DNA of 64,000 bases, taken from IMG/VR virus record IMGVR_UViG_3300032092_001856; one strand, 5' to 3'. Origin of the DNA: an uncultured virus (IMG/VR IMGVR_UViG_3300032092_001856). Taxonomy: Duplodnaviria > Heunggongvirae > Uroviricota > Caudoviricetes. Every line of letters begins with the position of its first letter. Positions within the stretch are counted from its first letter, which is position 1. A program made the translations under genes and the position numbers. Below are positions 56,711 through 64,000 of this stretch, one piece after another. The notes under the pieces are model-generated. The model worked only from the letters and a program-made list of their open reading frames with translations. It searched no databases and was not told where the DNA came from.

Positions 56711-57594
56711 TATGCAAATCTTTGTATAGAACTCTTTACGTCAGCGATAGTAATGGATCCATCTTTGTTTTTATCCAAACCTTTATTTTGTTTGTACACC
56801 AAATCACTACTTAGGTTTGTTCCCGGTACTTTGCCGCCGCCTTGTTGTCCTAGTACAAAATCATCAGGATACCCAACAAACTTAGGCATAAACACTGCCA
56901 TATATAAATCACCTAGATCCATTCCTGGTCTAACACCTACCATTTTAAAATACTTGTAGACATAGTCTAGTTGTTCAACTGCAGACATTCCTCGTAATGC
57001 TTCTACACTAGTTCCTAATGATCTAGCTGTGTCTGGCATAAACTGTATAAGTCCTGTAGCTCCTGACTGTTTGTTAACAGCTGCCGGATCAACTCTAGAC
57101 TCCATTTTCATAATAGCTAATAAATTTTTACTGCTTACACCTAATGCATCTGCAATCTTATCTAACTTTTTATTAAAATTAGGATCTTGAATTGCACTAG
57201 TATCTATACTACTTGCACTAGGTGCTGCTTTAACATCTGCAGGTGTACTTTTAATTAGCTTACCAGCAACATCAGGTTTTGATTTTAGAACGTCATTTAA
57301 TTTAGCAACTGTGGCAGGTCCCGGATCTCCATCAACTGTTAATCCGTTATCTGTTTGAAACTTCTTAACTGCATCCACAGTCTCCGGGCCACGGATTCCA
57401 TCAACGCCATGCTTTGGTAGAGGATAACCTAATGCAATCAAAGCTTTCTGTACATCTGCTACTTCTGTGCCACGACGACCTTTAGGAACATCTACAGTAA
57501 ATGATCCTAATTTATCTTTAGTTCTAGGAGCACCGGGTTCAGATCCAGACGGTCCAAACTTTTCATTTATAATTTTAAATTCGTTAAATCTCAT
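56710..57594 (-). CDS. peptidoglycan-binding domain plus lytic transglycosylase
   Basis: DGIRGPET..AV..FQ...GL.VDG; MES...ATGLIQF; C-terminal DKNKDG. Confidence 0.9.
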   Translation of the reverse strand: MRFNEFKIINEKFGPSGSEPGAPRTKDKLGSFTVDVPKGRRGTEVADVQKALIALGYPLPKHGVDGIRGPETVDAVKKFQTDNGLTVDGDPGPATVAKLNDVLKSKPDVAGKLIKSTPADVKAAPSASSIDTSAIQDPNFNKKLDKIADALGVSSKNLLAIMKMESRVDPAAVNKQSGATGLIQFMPDTARSLGTSVEALRGMSAVEQLDYVYKYFKMVGVRPGMDLGDLYMAVFMPKFVGYPDDFVLGQQGGGKVPGTNLSSDLVYKQNKGLDKNKDGSITIADVKSSIQRFA

Positions 57595-57857
57595 TTGCGT
57601 GTGCCCCAGTCTGGTATCTTGCCACCATATTTCTTGCCTTTAACTTTATGTCCGCCCATGGTCATACGACTCTCTGGGCCTTTACCCATTAAGTGACTTT
57701 TGTTGCCTTCTCGGCGGCGCAGGCCTTGACTCTTACATGATGCAAGATTACTGGCCCCTAAATCATTGTTAGGCTTAGTGCTTAAACATAGCTTTCTACT
57801 GGCTTTTTCGTCAATAGCGTCTAGTTCTTCGTCTGTAATAAATTCGTTAATTAGCAT
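57591..57857 (-). CDS. small basic protein (MLINEFI N-terminus)
   Basis: ORF 6 nt after TAAATA. Confidence 0.7.
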   Translation of the reverse strand: MLINEFITDEELDAIDEKASRKLCLSTKPNNDLGASNLASCKSQGLRRREGNKSHLMGKGPESRMTMGGHKVKGKKYGGKIPDWGTRK

Positions 57858-57874
57858 AATACGTATTTATTGTA

Positions 57875-58699
57875 TTAGGCTTCAAGGTCGATCCATTCGT
57901 ATACGTTAAGCCACTTGCGTTTGCCTATTGTAGCTTTTAAGTGTTTAAGATCTGCACAGGTGCGTTGTCTAAATCGTGGTTTTTCGCTATCGGGCATGGG
58001 AATTGTACGTATTTCTACACCTTCTTGTTCTGCAATAGCTTCTGCAATATCTAGAAATGAATGCGATAGTCCAGAGCCTACATTCCATATGCCACTGCCC
58101 ACAACAGTTTTCATAAAGTCTAACTGTAGCTGACAGATATCTCCAACCCAAGTCCAATCTCTAAACACATGTTCTGCGTTGTCCCATACTTCAATGTAGC
58201 CATCTTTCTTGGCCTGCTGGCGCCATTTGTAGATAGCGTTAGCACGTCGGCCTCTTAGGTGCATCCACTTGCCGTAGACGTTATGGTATCTAAAACCCTG
58301 CACCATAATGTGCTGTTCTTGTTGAAAGACCCACCGATCAAATAGATACTTGCTCCATGCGTAGGCTGTTTGTGGATAGCAAGGTGCATACTCACTAGTG
58401 TCTTTAGTATTGCCGTAGACGCTGGATGAACTGGCATACTGTAAGTGTACACTGTGTTTGTTACATTCATTAAATAGACGCTGACTGAACTCTAGATTTT
58501 GTTGTAGTACTTTGTCTACATCCGTTTCGGTCATGTCTGCAATAGCACCTAGATGTATGACCCAGTTATAGGTTCGAACATCCGGAAACTCGTTAGGATT
58601 CCAGTCCCACCCATCTACTTGCCAGTCAGGTTGATGGTTTAAAAACGCCATCATGTTCTTGCCAATGAATCCTTCTGAGCCTGTTATTAACACTTTCAT
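57875..58699 (-). CDS. NAD-dependent sugar epimerase, HldD/GmhD-like
   Basis: TGSEGFIG, YASSSSVYG, YAWSK and RYHNVYG motifs. Confidence 0.82.
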   Translation of the reverse strand: MKVLITGSEGFIGKNMMAFLNHQPDWQVDGWDWNPNEFPDVRTYNWVIHLGAIADMTETDVDKVLQQNLEFSQRLFNECNKHSVHLQYASSSSVYGNTKDTSEYAPCYPQTAYAWSKYLFDRWVFQQEQHIMVQGFRYHNVYGKWMHLRGRRANAIYKWRQQAKKDGYIEVWDNAEHVFRDWTWVGDICQLQLDFMKTVVGSGIWNVGSGLSHSFLDIAEAIAEQEGVEIRTIPMPDSEKPRFRQRTCADLKHLKATIGKRKWLNVYEWIDLEA

Positions 58700-58733
58700 A
58701 AACACCTCTACTGGAGGTATTTATAGATAAGAA

Positions 58734-59204
58734 TTAGCTAAAATAAGTTTTTAGCATTCCTTGATAGAAGCTGTCAAGTTCTTCTCGATTTGACATATCG
58801 CTTTTAAATTGATTTGCTTTTCGACTAACAACTACGTAATTAGACAGCTCATCTTTGCCGCCATTACTCCTAGCAAGACGATGATCTAATGTAGGTTGAT
58901 AGAAGCCTTCATCATTGTTTACACTAGGGTTGAACACTCGGTTAAGTCCTCGGCCATAATCTAACGGAGTTCCGAATACTGGACATACATCAGGACAAAC
59001 TTTAGCTAGGTCAATTTTGTCACAAGGCCAATCTACTCCATAGGCCCAAATTAGTTTAAGAAATCTAGTTTGATTTTTACTAGATTTAAATTTCTCAAAC
59101 AACAACTCAGATCCGTAAGTAGCTTGATCATAGTATGGATGAAACACTCTCGAAGAAAGGGCAGTGTGCCCTTCCTCCGTAAGCATGATTAGCTTATTCG
59201 GCAT
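58734..59204 (-). CDS. HNH-type endonuclease
   Basis: CPVFG...PTLDH...GG...N...SRKANQFK; start at MPNK overlaps the upstream stop. Confidence 0.75.
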   Translation of the reverse strand: MPNKLIMLTEEGHTALSSRVFHPYYDQATYGSELLFEKFKSSKNQTRFLKLIWAYGVDWPCDKIDLAKVCPDVCPVFGTPLDYGRGLNRVFNPSVNNDEGFYQPTLDHRLARSNGGKDELSNYVVVSRKANQFKSDMSNREELDSFYQGMLKTYFS

Positions 59205-60717
59205 TGTCAAACTCATCCATTGCCATAGATAAGTTGTCTTCTTCGTCATCATCTACAGATACTAATGTAGCAAAGTTAGAAGCAACCACAGACTCATTAA
59301 TTGCACTAGGTTTAAATGTACTGAAGTTCTTAACGCACTCAGTTGAAGTATAAGGCATATCCATTTCGAACAACTGACCGCCACTGCTGGCAACAGGTTC
59401 TAATTTAAGATTAAATCCTTTCTTACGACCAGGTTGTGAACGAATCCATGCTTCATGATTTTCAATTAATGTTTTAATAGCAGCCGCAATCATCAATCCG
59501 CGATTGCCTGTGTTAGTATAACGATGGTCTTTCCATTGTGTATACTTGCCTTTTTCCTTTTGAGGGAACTGTACTTTTAACTGTGCATTAACTTCTGGCC
59601 ACACACGTTGTGAACTGGCCCACTTCTCTGCAAGGATCTCTGCAATGGCAACCATAGTTGCATCTGTTCTTGCTTTAGAAGCTTGGCTACTAAGCAATTC
59701 GATTAGACCCCAGACTGGTGCGTGATCAACACTGCCACCGGGCCATGCTTGGCGTACAATCTTTAGAGCCTTTTCAAACACTTCACGGTTCTTGTACTCG
59801 TTCTTACAGTAAGTTTTAAAATGCTTTTGGAACTGACTGGTAAGATTACTTTCTCCAGGTCCTGGCTCTGCGGCATTTGGAACAAGGGTTACATCGCAAT
59901 TAGTTAAAATCTTATCTAAGTAATAGCTAGGCTCGTCTTCTTTCTTTAAAGGAAGACCTGCTGATAACATTTCTTTACCTCGATTAACACGATTCTTATG
60001 AATGTCGTAATCGGTAATAGGCAGTACATCGCCGTTACATGCAATGAACTGATTAAAGTCAATATAGCTGAGTTCTTTAAGCGAGAAGCCTACAGGAGGA
60101 GTCATAACACCGTGGAACACTAACGCCACGGTACCGTGATTACCATCATTGCCGTAGACTTTGTTTTCTAGACTAGAGAATCGACCTTTTGCACCAAATA
60201 CTAGACTAGAGTCAAAGTTGCATAACAGTTTAAAGATACGATCCAATGCAATCTCTCGTTGTGCTTTCATGTTTAACTTTAAGAAGCGAACATGTACAGG
60301 GATACCGCTCATGACAGCTTCGTCAAGATTAAAGGCGCCAAGTTGTAATCCATACAAAACATTCTTACCTGTTTCTGGATCAATAATTTTTTGAAATGCT
60401 CGCAATACTTGTGTAAAGGCTGTAATAAAATCAACAGCACCCATGTGCTCAAGAATCAATTTACCTTTGTTTACGTGCAGGGCAGGAATCTTAGCACGTT
60501 TAATAATGTCCATTTTACGGTCATAGTCTTCTTGGGGAAGTTGGCTAACTGGAATTCGAAACTCCTTCGGGCCAAAGATAAATGCAAGGTCTTCACCAAA
60601 TGCATCTGTAATTTCTTCTGGAAAACCGTATTCAATACTAGAACGCCAAGTGTTAATAACCTGTTGTGCAGTTGTGCCAAGACTAGCTGTTGTAGCCTGT
60701 GAAGGGTTAGTTGTCAT
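59194..60717 (-). CDS. 507-aa protein with ParB/Srx-like core (DUF6551-like)
   Basis: QR...FD...DGNHG...F...N arrangement resembling the DGQH motif. Confidence 0.55.
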   Translation of the reverse strand: MTTNPSQATTASLGTTAQQVINTWRSSIEYGFPEEITDAFGEDLAFIFGPKEFRIPVSQLPQEDYDRKMDIIKRAKIPALHVNKGKLILEHMGAVDFITAFTQVLRAFQKIIDPETGKNVLYGLQLGAFNLDEAVMSGIPVHVRFLKLNMKAQREIALDRIFKLLCNFDSSLVFGAKGRFSSLENKVYGNDGNHGTVALVFHGVMTPPVGFSLKELSYIDFNQFIACNGDVLPITDYDIHKNRVNRGKEMLSAGLPLKKEDEPSYYLDKILTNCDVTLVPNAAEPGPGESNLTSQFQKHFKTYCKNEYKNREVFEKALKIVRQAWPGGSVDHAPVWGLIELLSSQASKARTDATMVAIAEILAEKWASSQRVWPEVNAQLKVQFPQKEKGKYTQWKDHRYTNTGNRGLMIAAAIKTLIENHEAWIRSQPGRKKGFNLKLEPVASSGGQLFEMDMPYTSTECVKNFSTFKPSAINESVVASNFATLVSVDDDEEDNLSMAMDEFDNAE

Positions 60718-60738
60718 ATATTACCTTTAAGTTTGATT

Positions 60739-60766
60739 AAAAACGGGTGGGCACTTTTGCCCACCC
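60739..60766 (-). terminator. terminator-like hairpin inside the leader of the 507-aa gene
   Basis: GGGTGGGCA-AAAG-TGCCCACCC-GTTTTT. Confidence 0.75.
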
Positions 60767-60811
60767 TACCACGCTAGATTTGTACCGGAGTAACTCTCTC
60801 AACGTGCATCT

Positions 60812-60840
60812 AGTATAACACTACAATAATCTAATGTCAA
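60812..60840 (-). promoter_or_regulatory. near-consensus sigma70 promoter
   Basis: TTGACA-N17-TATACT with extended -10 TG. Confidence 0.85.
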
Positions 60841-60848
60841 CAACTATT

Positions 60849-61895
60849 TTAACCAAAGTCAAACAAACGATCAAATTCGCTGTCTGTTTGTTCCATTGCA
60901 CCGTAGTCTGTAGCTTCATGTACTTCGCGTGGTACAAACAAACGGTCCATGTATTTTGGAATTTGCAGATGTTGCATGCCAATATTCTTGCCAAAGAACA
61001 GTCCACGTTGTTGCGGATTGGCTGCTCGTCTAACGGCACATACACATACATAATCTCTTTGAGCAAAGAAGTCATACAGTGCCTGTGGGGTGTAGCCGTA
61101 TTGAGAACATTGCTTAGGAACAATCTCTACTTGTACACTAGGACGATACTTGTCTATTGTAGCAGTAGCACCTTCTATAACAAACAACTCACTACCTTCT
61201 ACGTCAATCTTAATAGCATCAACATCTTCAAAGCCATAGCTGTCAATAGTTCTGCAAGGCACCTGTACTACATGATCACTCTTTTTAATCTGCTTGTCAT
61301 CATAGATAGCAAAGTTGTGTCCGCCGTGTTCAGGATGGTCTTGTATTCCTATAGTGCCGCTGTCTTTGTTAGTCAAGGCGCACTCGTGAACGGTAATGTT
61401 GCCACGAATGTTCATGCTCTGTGGAATACCCTTCCAAGTAAACCAACCGCCTTCTTCGTCGGGCTTGCGATTAACTGCACCTACTTCATCAGTGCCTTCC
61501 CAATAGACACCGTGTAGGTTGCTACGTTTGGCTATTTCAATATTGGCTTTGAGCATGGTCAAAGTAGTCGGCGTGGGCTCAAACGATTCTACATGATCTG
61601 CCCATTCTGCATAGGCAATAGTGTTGTTACCTACATTGGCTCCAACATCTATAATACGTCTAGCCGTTGGATAGATGGTTCTTATTAGTCTAGAATTGTT
61701 GCCTTGATAGTAGACATTGTTACCACTAAATCTAGGACCTTGCAGGTTATCAATTGCTAATAACCAATAGCATCTGCCAAATTTATTAATAACTAAACGG
61801 AATTTATCGTTTTGGTAAAGCCCGCTAGGTTCCGGGAATCCAAAAAGTTGCTCAAATTCTTGAGAGGTGACGGTGGCTGTAATTTTCTGCGGCAT
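60849..61895 (-). CDS. FkbM-family methyltransferase
   Basis: IDVGANVG, FEP and KIDVEGSE motifs; start at MPQK with AAGGAG RBS. Confidence 0.88.
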   Translation of the reverse strand: MPQKITATVTSQEFEQLFGFPEPSGLYQNDKFRLVINKFGRCYWLLAIDNLQGPRFSGNNVYYQGNNSRLIRTIYPTARRIIDVGANVGNNTIAYAEWADHVESFEPTPTTLTMLKANIEIAKRSNLHGVYWEGTDEVGAVNRKPDEEGGWFTWKGIPQSMNIRGNITVHECALTNKDSGTIGIQDHPEHGGHNFAIYDDKQIKKSDHVVQVPCRTIDSYGFEDVDAIKIDVEGSELFVIEGATATIDKYRPSVQVEIVPKQCSQYGYTPQALYDFFAQRDYVCVCAVRRAANPQQRGLFFGKNIGMQHLQIPKYMDRLFVPREVHEATDYGAMEQTDSEFDRLFDFG

Positions 61896-61974
61896 ACTAG
61901 TTCTCCTTCTAATCAATGTTCGCGTAGAATATTTATATACACTTTACTATGCAATAAAATTTCTGTCAAACTAA

Positions 61975-62003
61975 TTGACTTTATCCAAATTATCCTATAT
62001 AAT
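61975..62003 (+). promoter_or_regulatory. sigma70-type early promoter
   Basis: TTGACT-N17-TATAAT at the strand switch. Confidence 0.8.
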
Positions 62004-62035
62004 AACACATCGTCAACTAAAAGAAAGTTTCCAAA

Positions 62036-62212
62036 ATGCGTTTACTGTTAGTTCCAGTCCTTTTGGTTCTATATGGTTGTGCAGGCTACCAACCATTATG
62101 TCCAGGTACTAGATCCTACGATCCGCAGGTATGCCGCGGAGAAAAGTTTCAAAGACTACCTAATTTTCAAAACGAAGCAATTATTAGACATCAACGTGGG
62201 GAGAGATGGTAA
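62036..62212 (+). CDS. 58-aa lipoprotein (absent from the ORF track)
   Basis: MRLLLVPVLLVLYGC lipobox; TAATG coupling to the next gene. Confidence 0.7.
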   Translation: MRLLLVPVLLVLYGCAGYQPLCPGTRSYDPQVCRGEKFQRLPNFQNEAIIRHQRGERW

Positions 62213-62562
62213 TGGAACAGGCATTCAAAGAAATCACCAAATGGGATGACGGTGTAACTACTGTTAACCATACCTATCTGTTCAACGGTGACAAGGCAGT
62301 TGCCTACATTCGATATGGCACCAGCGAACCATTTTGGTTTAAGAATCCAATTAAGATTGACAAGCGTGGTCGCAAGTTTGAACAGGTTAGTAATGATTCA
62401 TTTGCTCTGTCAATAAATGTCTTTACACCTAATAACATTAAAGAAGTAACAGGCAGTAATGGTACTAAGTACATTATTAATTTAGATGAGAATACCTGCA
62501 CATGCCCGGGTTATACATATCGTGGCACTTGCAAACATGTTAAAGAATTGGAACCTGCATGA
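62212..62562 (+). CDS. SWIM zinc-finger protein
   Basis: CTCPGYTYRGTCKH. Confidence 0.8.
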   Translation: MEQAFKEITKWDDGVTTVNHTYLFNGDKAVAYIRYGTSEPFWFKNPIKIDKRGRKFEQVSNDSFALSINVFTPNNIKEVTGSNGTKYIINLDENTCTCPGYTYRGTCKHVKELEPA

Positions 62563-62756
62563 CTTGGACTGTATATTTGTTTTTAGTGTTGGGCAATCAA
62601 GTTATAGACATTATGCACATAGACGAACGACATGACTCTAAAACTGTCTGCGAGTATCATGCCATTACAGCTAAAAACGCTATGGCTACTATGCTTTCAG
62701 CCTTAGGTGATCGTGTGCGGGTTGATCAGGTACTTTGGTCTTGTAAGGGAGAATAA
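62559..62756 (+). CDS. small protein with hydrophobic N-terminus and two Cys
   Basis: ATGA-coupled ORF. Confidence 0.65.
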   Translation: MTWTVYLFLVLGNQVIDIMHIDERHDSKTVCEYHAITAKNAMATMLSALGDRVRVDQVLWSCKGE

Positions 62757-62757
62757 T

Positions 62758-63294
62758 ATGATAGTCAAATCATATGACTATTCTAGTTTAATCACAGACA
62801 ACGATGAAGAAGATGCTTGCCACATTATTAAAGGCATAATCGACGCTGGCAATTACTTTACCAACAGTCCTCCGTTTCAAACCAACGAGAATTTGTTTGG
62901 TAGGTCTGAAGCAGTTTGGCTAAAGTATCGTATGACATTCCTAACCAGTGTGTTCCTCTACTTAGGTAAGGAACACAAAGTAGCCAATATGATGGCTTGG
63001 TCGTTTATGAGTAATAAAGACTCACAACCAGATCCAGAAAAACTTTGGCATCATCATGACAAACACGGCATGAAAGGACTAAGTGGTATATTGTATTTGC
63101 ATGTACCTGACATACACGCAGAGTCCGGAACAGAGATGGCTCCGAACGGTCCTAAGGGCGATGGCAAGTTTTTTGTAGGGCCAAACAAACACTCTTGGAA
63201 TATCTATCCTAGTGAAACTTGGCATAGGCCTGGCCCTATTAGAACTAACGACTATCGTTATACACTAGCAGTTGATGTAGGGTACTACGAATGA
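62758..63294 (+). CDS. putative 2OG-Fe(II) oxygenase / cupin
   Basis: WHHH...SGILYL...GT...IYPS..WH...R pattern. Confidence 0.65.
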   Translation: MIVKSYDYSSLITDNDEEDACHIIKGIIDAGNYFTNSPPFQTNENLFGRSEAVWLKYRMTFLTSVFLYLGKEHKVANMMAWSFMSNKDSQPDPEKLWHHHDKHGMKGLSGILYLHVPDIHAESGTEMAPNGPKGDGKFFVGPNKHSWNIYPSETWHRPGPIRTNDYRYTLAVDVGYYE

Positions 63295-63611
63295 ATATTA
63301 CTGTTAAAAAAACTGACAAGAGATTCACTGGCTCGGACATATTCCATTATGTTGTAGATATTAAAAATGGGTCTTTTCCTGTAATTGCTAATAGATTTAG
63401 TAAAGCTCAAAAACTCAAAAAGTTCCAAGAGGTTAGGGATTGGTGCATACAAACTTGGGGCATGAGTTGTGAGCGTGAACACTACTTACAACTGCTAGGG
63501 GATGAATATGATGTTAATAGTCATTGGTGTTGGCACAGTGAGTTCTACGACACTAAGATCTATCTACGCTCGGACAAAGAGGCCAATTGGTTTAAATTGA
63601 AATGGCTATGA
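63291..63611 (+). CDS. hypothetical phage protein
   Basis: coupled ORF ending FKLKW. Confidence 0.7.
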   Translation: MNITVKKTDKRFTGSDIFHYVVDIKNGSFPVIANRFSKAQKLKKFQEVRDWCIQTWGMSCEREHYLQLLGDEYDVNSHWCWHSEFYDTKIYLRSDKEANWFKLKWL

Positions 63612-63820
63612 CTATTACTATTGAAGATCGAGACCTAACTGCTATACTATGTATAGTTGCAGAACTACGTGCTAGTGGGTTGGTGCAAGGGGTGCATTTT
63701 GACTTTGCCTACAATCAACGCCGTTGGGATCCTATGATTGGTGACGTTAAAGGCTTTACCAATTTTACATTCTACGAAGAAAAGTATTCAACTCTATTTG
63801 CATTAAAATATCTGTCATGA
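63608..63820 (+). CDS. hypothetical phage protein
   Basis: coupled ORF ending FALKY. Confidence 0.7.
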   Translation: MTITIEDRDLTAILCIVAELRASGLVQGVHFDFAYNQRRWDPMIGDVKGFTNFTFYEEKYSTLFALKYLS

Positions 63821-64000
63821 CTTTAGAAGAAGCAATATTAGAAGACGCGGCACAGAAGATATCTGATGATATTGATAAACAGGTGCTTAAAGGTATGGGT
63901 TATGTTTTTGATTACTATCTAGAGCACGGCCGAGGCACAATCTACGGTCAGGAGTATCTCTCAGTGGCTCCAATAAATGCAGAAGGCATGTGGAGTGACA
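63817..64000 (+). CDS. hypothetical protein, truncated by the window edge
   Basis: ATGA overlap; MTLEEAILEDAAQKIS... open to the end. Confidence 0.65.
   Translation, partial: MTLEEAILEDAAQKISDDIDKQVLKGMGYVFDYYLEHGRGTIYGQEYLSVAPINAEGMWSD

Noticed and set aside
60768..60815. SAM-II/SAM-V riboswitch resemblance (GCTAGATTTGTACCG) on the + strand
   Set aside because: Wrong strand relative to the promoter and gene, and the 3' pseudoknot elements are missing
60834..61517. 227-aa plus-strand ORF
   Set aside because: Antisense to a well-supported FkbM gene and has no recognisable motifs

Overview
64 kb of a large AT-rich, T4-like tailed phage, probably aquatic. A proteobacterial host is inferred from the Isc, Nrd and Grx proteins. 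Almost all genes lie on the minus strand. Left to right: iscA/iscU with an HNH endonuclease inserted at the iscU start; Hc1-like protein, HAD nucleotidase, PAAR, glutaredoxin and nrdAB; a block of head-associated genes including two Pol-beta-type nucleotidyltransferases and a ligase-like protein; a four-domain glycosyl/methyltransferase next to a ~22 kb fibre cluster (Gly-rich, Mtd-N, Ig-repeat and G[FY]TGS collagen-like proteins, one of 3497 aa); 5-aminolevulinate synthase; lipase, nuclease, GT2 and PlcP-like genes; radical SAM, HNH, AlgH, lysin and HldD-like genes; a ParB-like + HNH pair behind a terminated leader RNA; and an early-type plus-strand block. The strongest signals not explained by the ORF track are: (1) a -1 frameshift cassette (A_AAA_AAG plus hairpin) at the end of the putative head scaffold gene; (2) a shared M-x-x-x-[ED]-[FIL]...[IL]xE N-terminal tag on about 12 unrelated proteins, resembling the T4 capsid-targeting sequence; (3) an orphaned MAYSDK iscU start left upstream of the HNH; (4) a Pho-box-like repeat before plcP-GT2; (5) pervasive leaderless promoters. 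No tRNA, rRNA or CRISPR array was seen. All family calls come from motif recognition by eye, not database searches.
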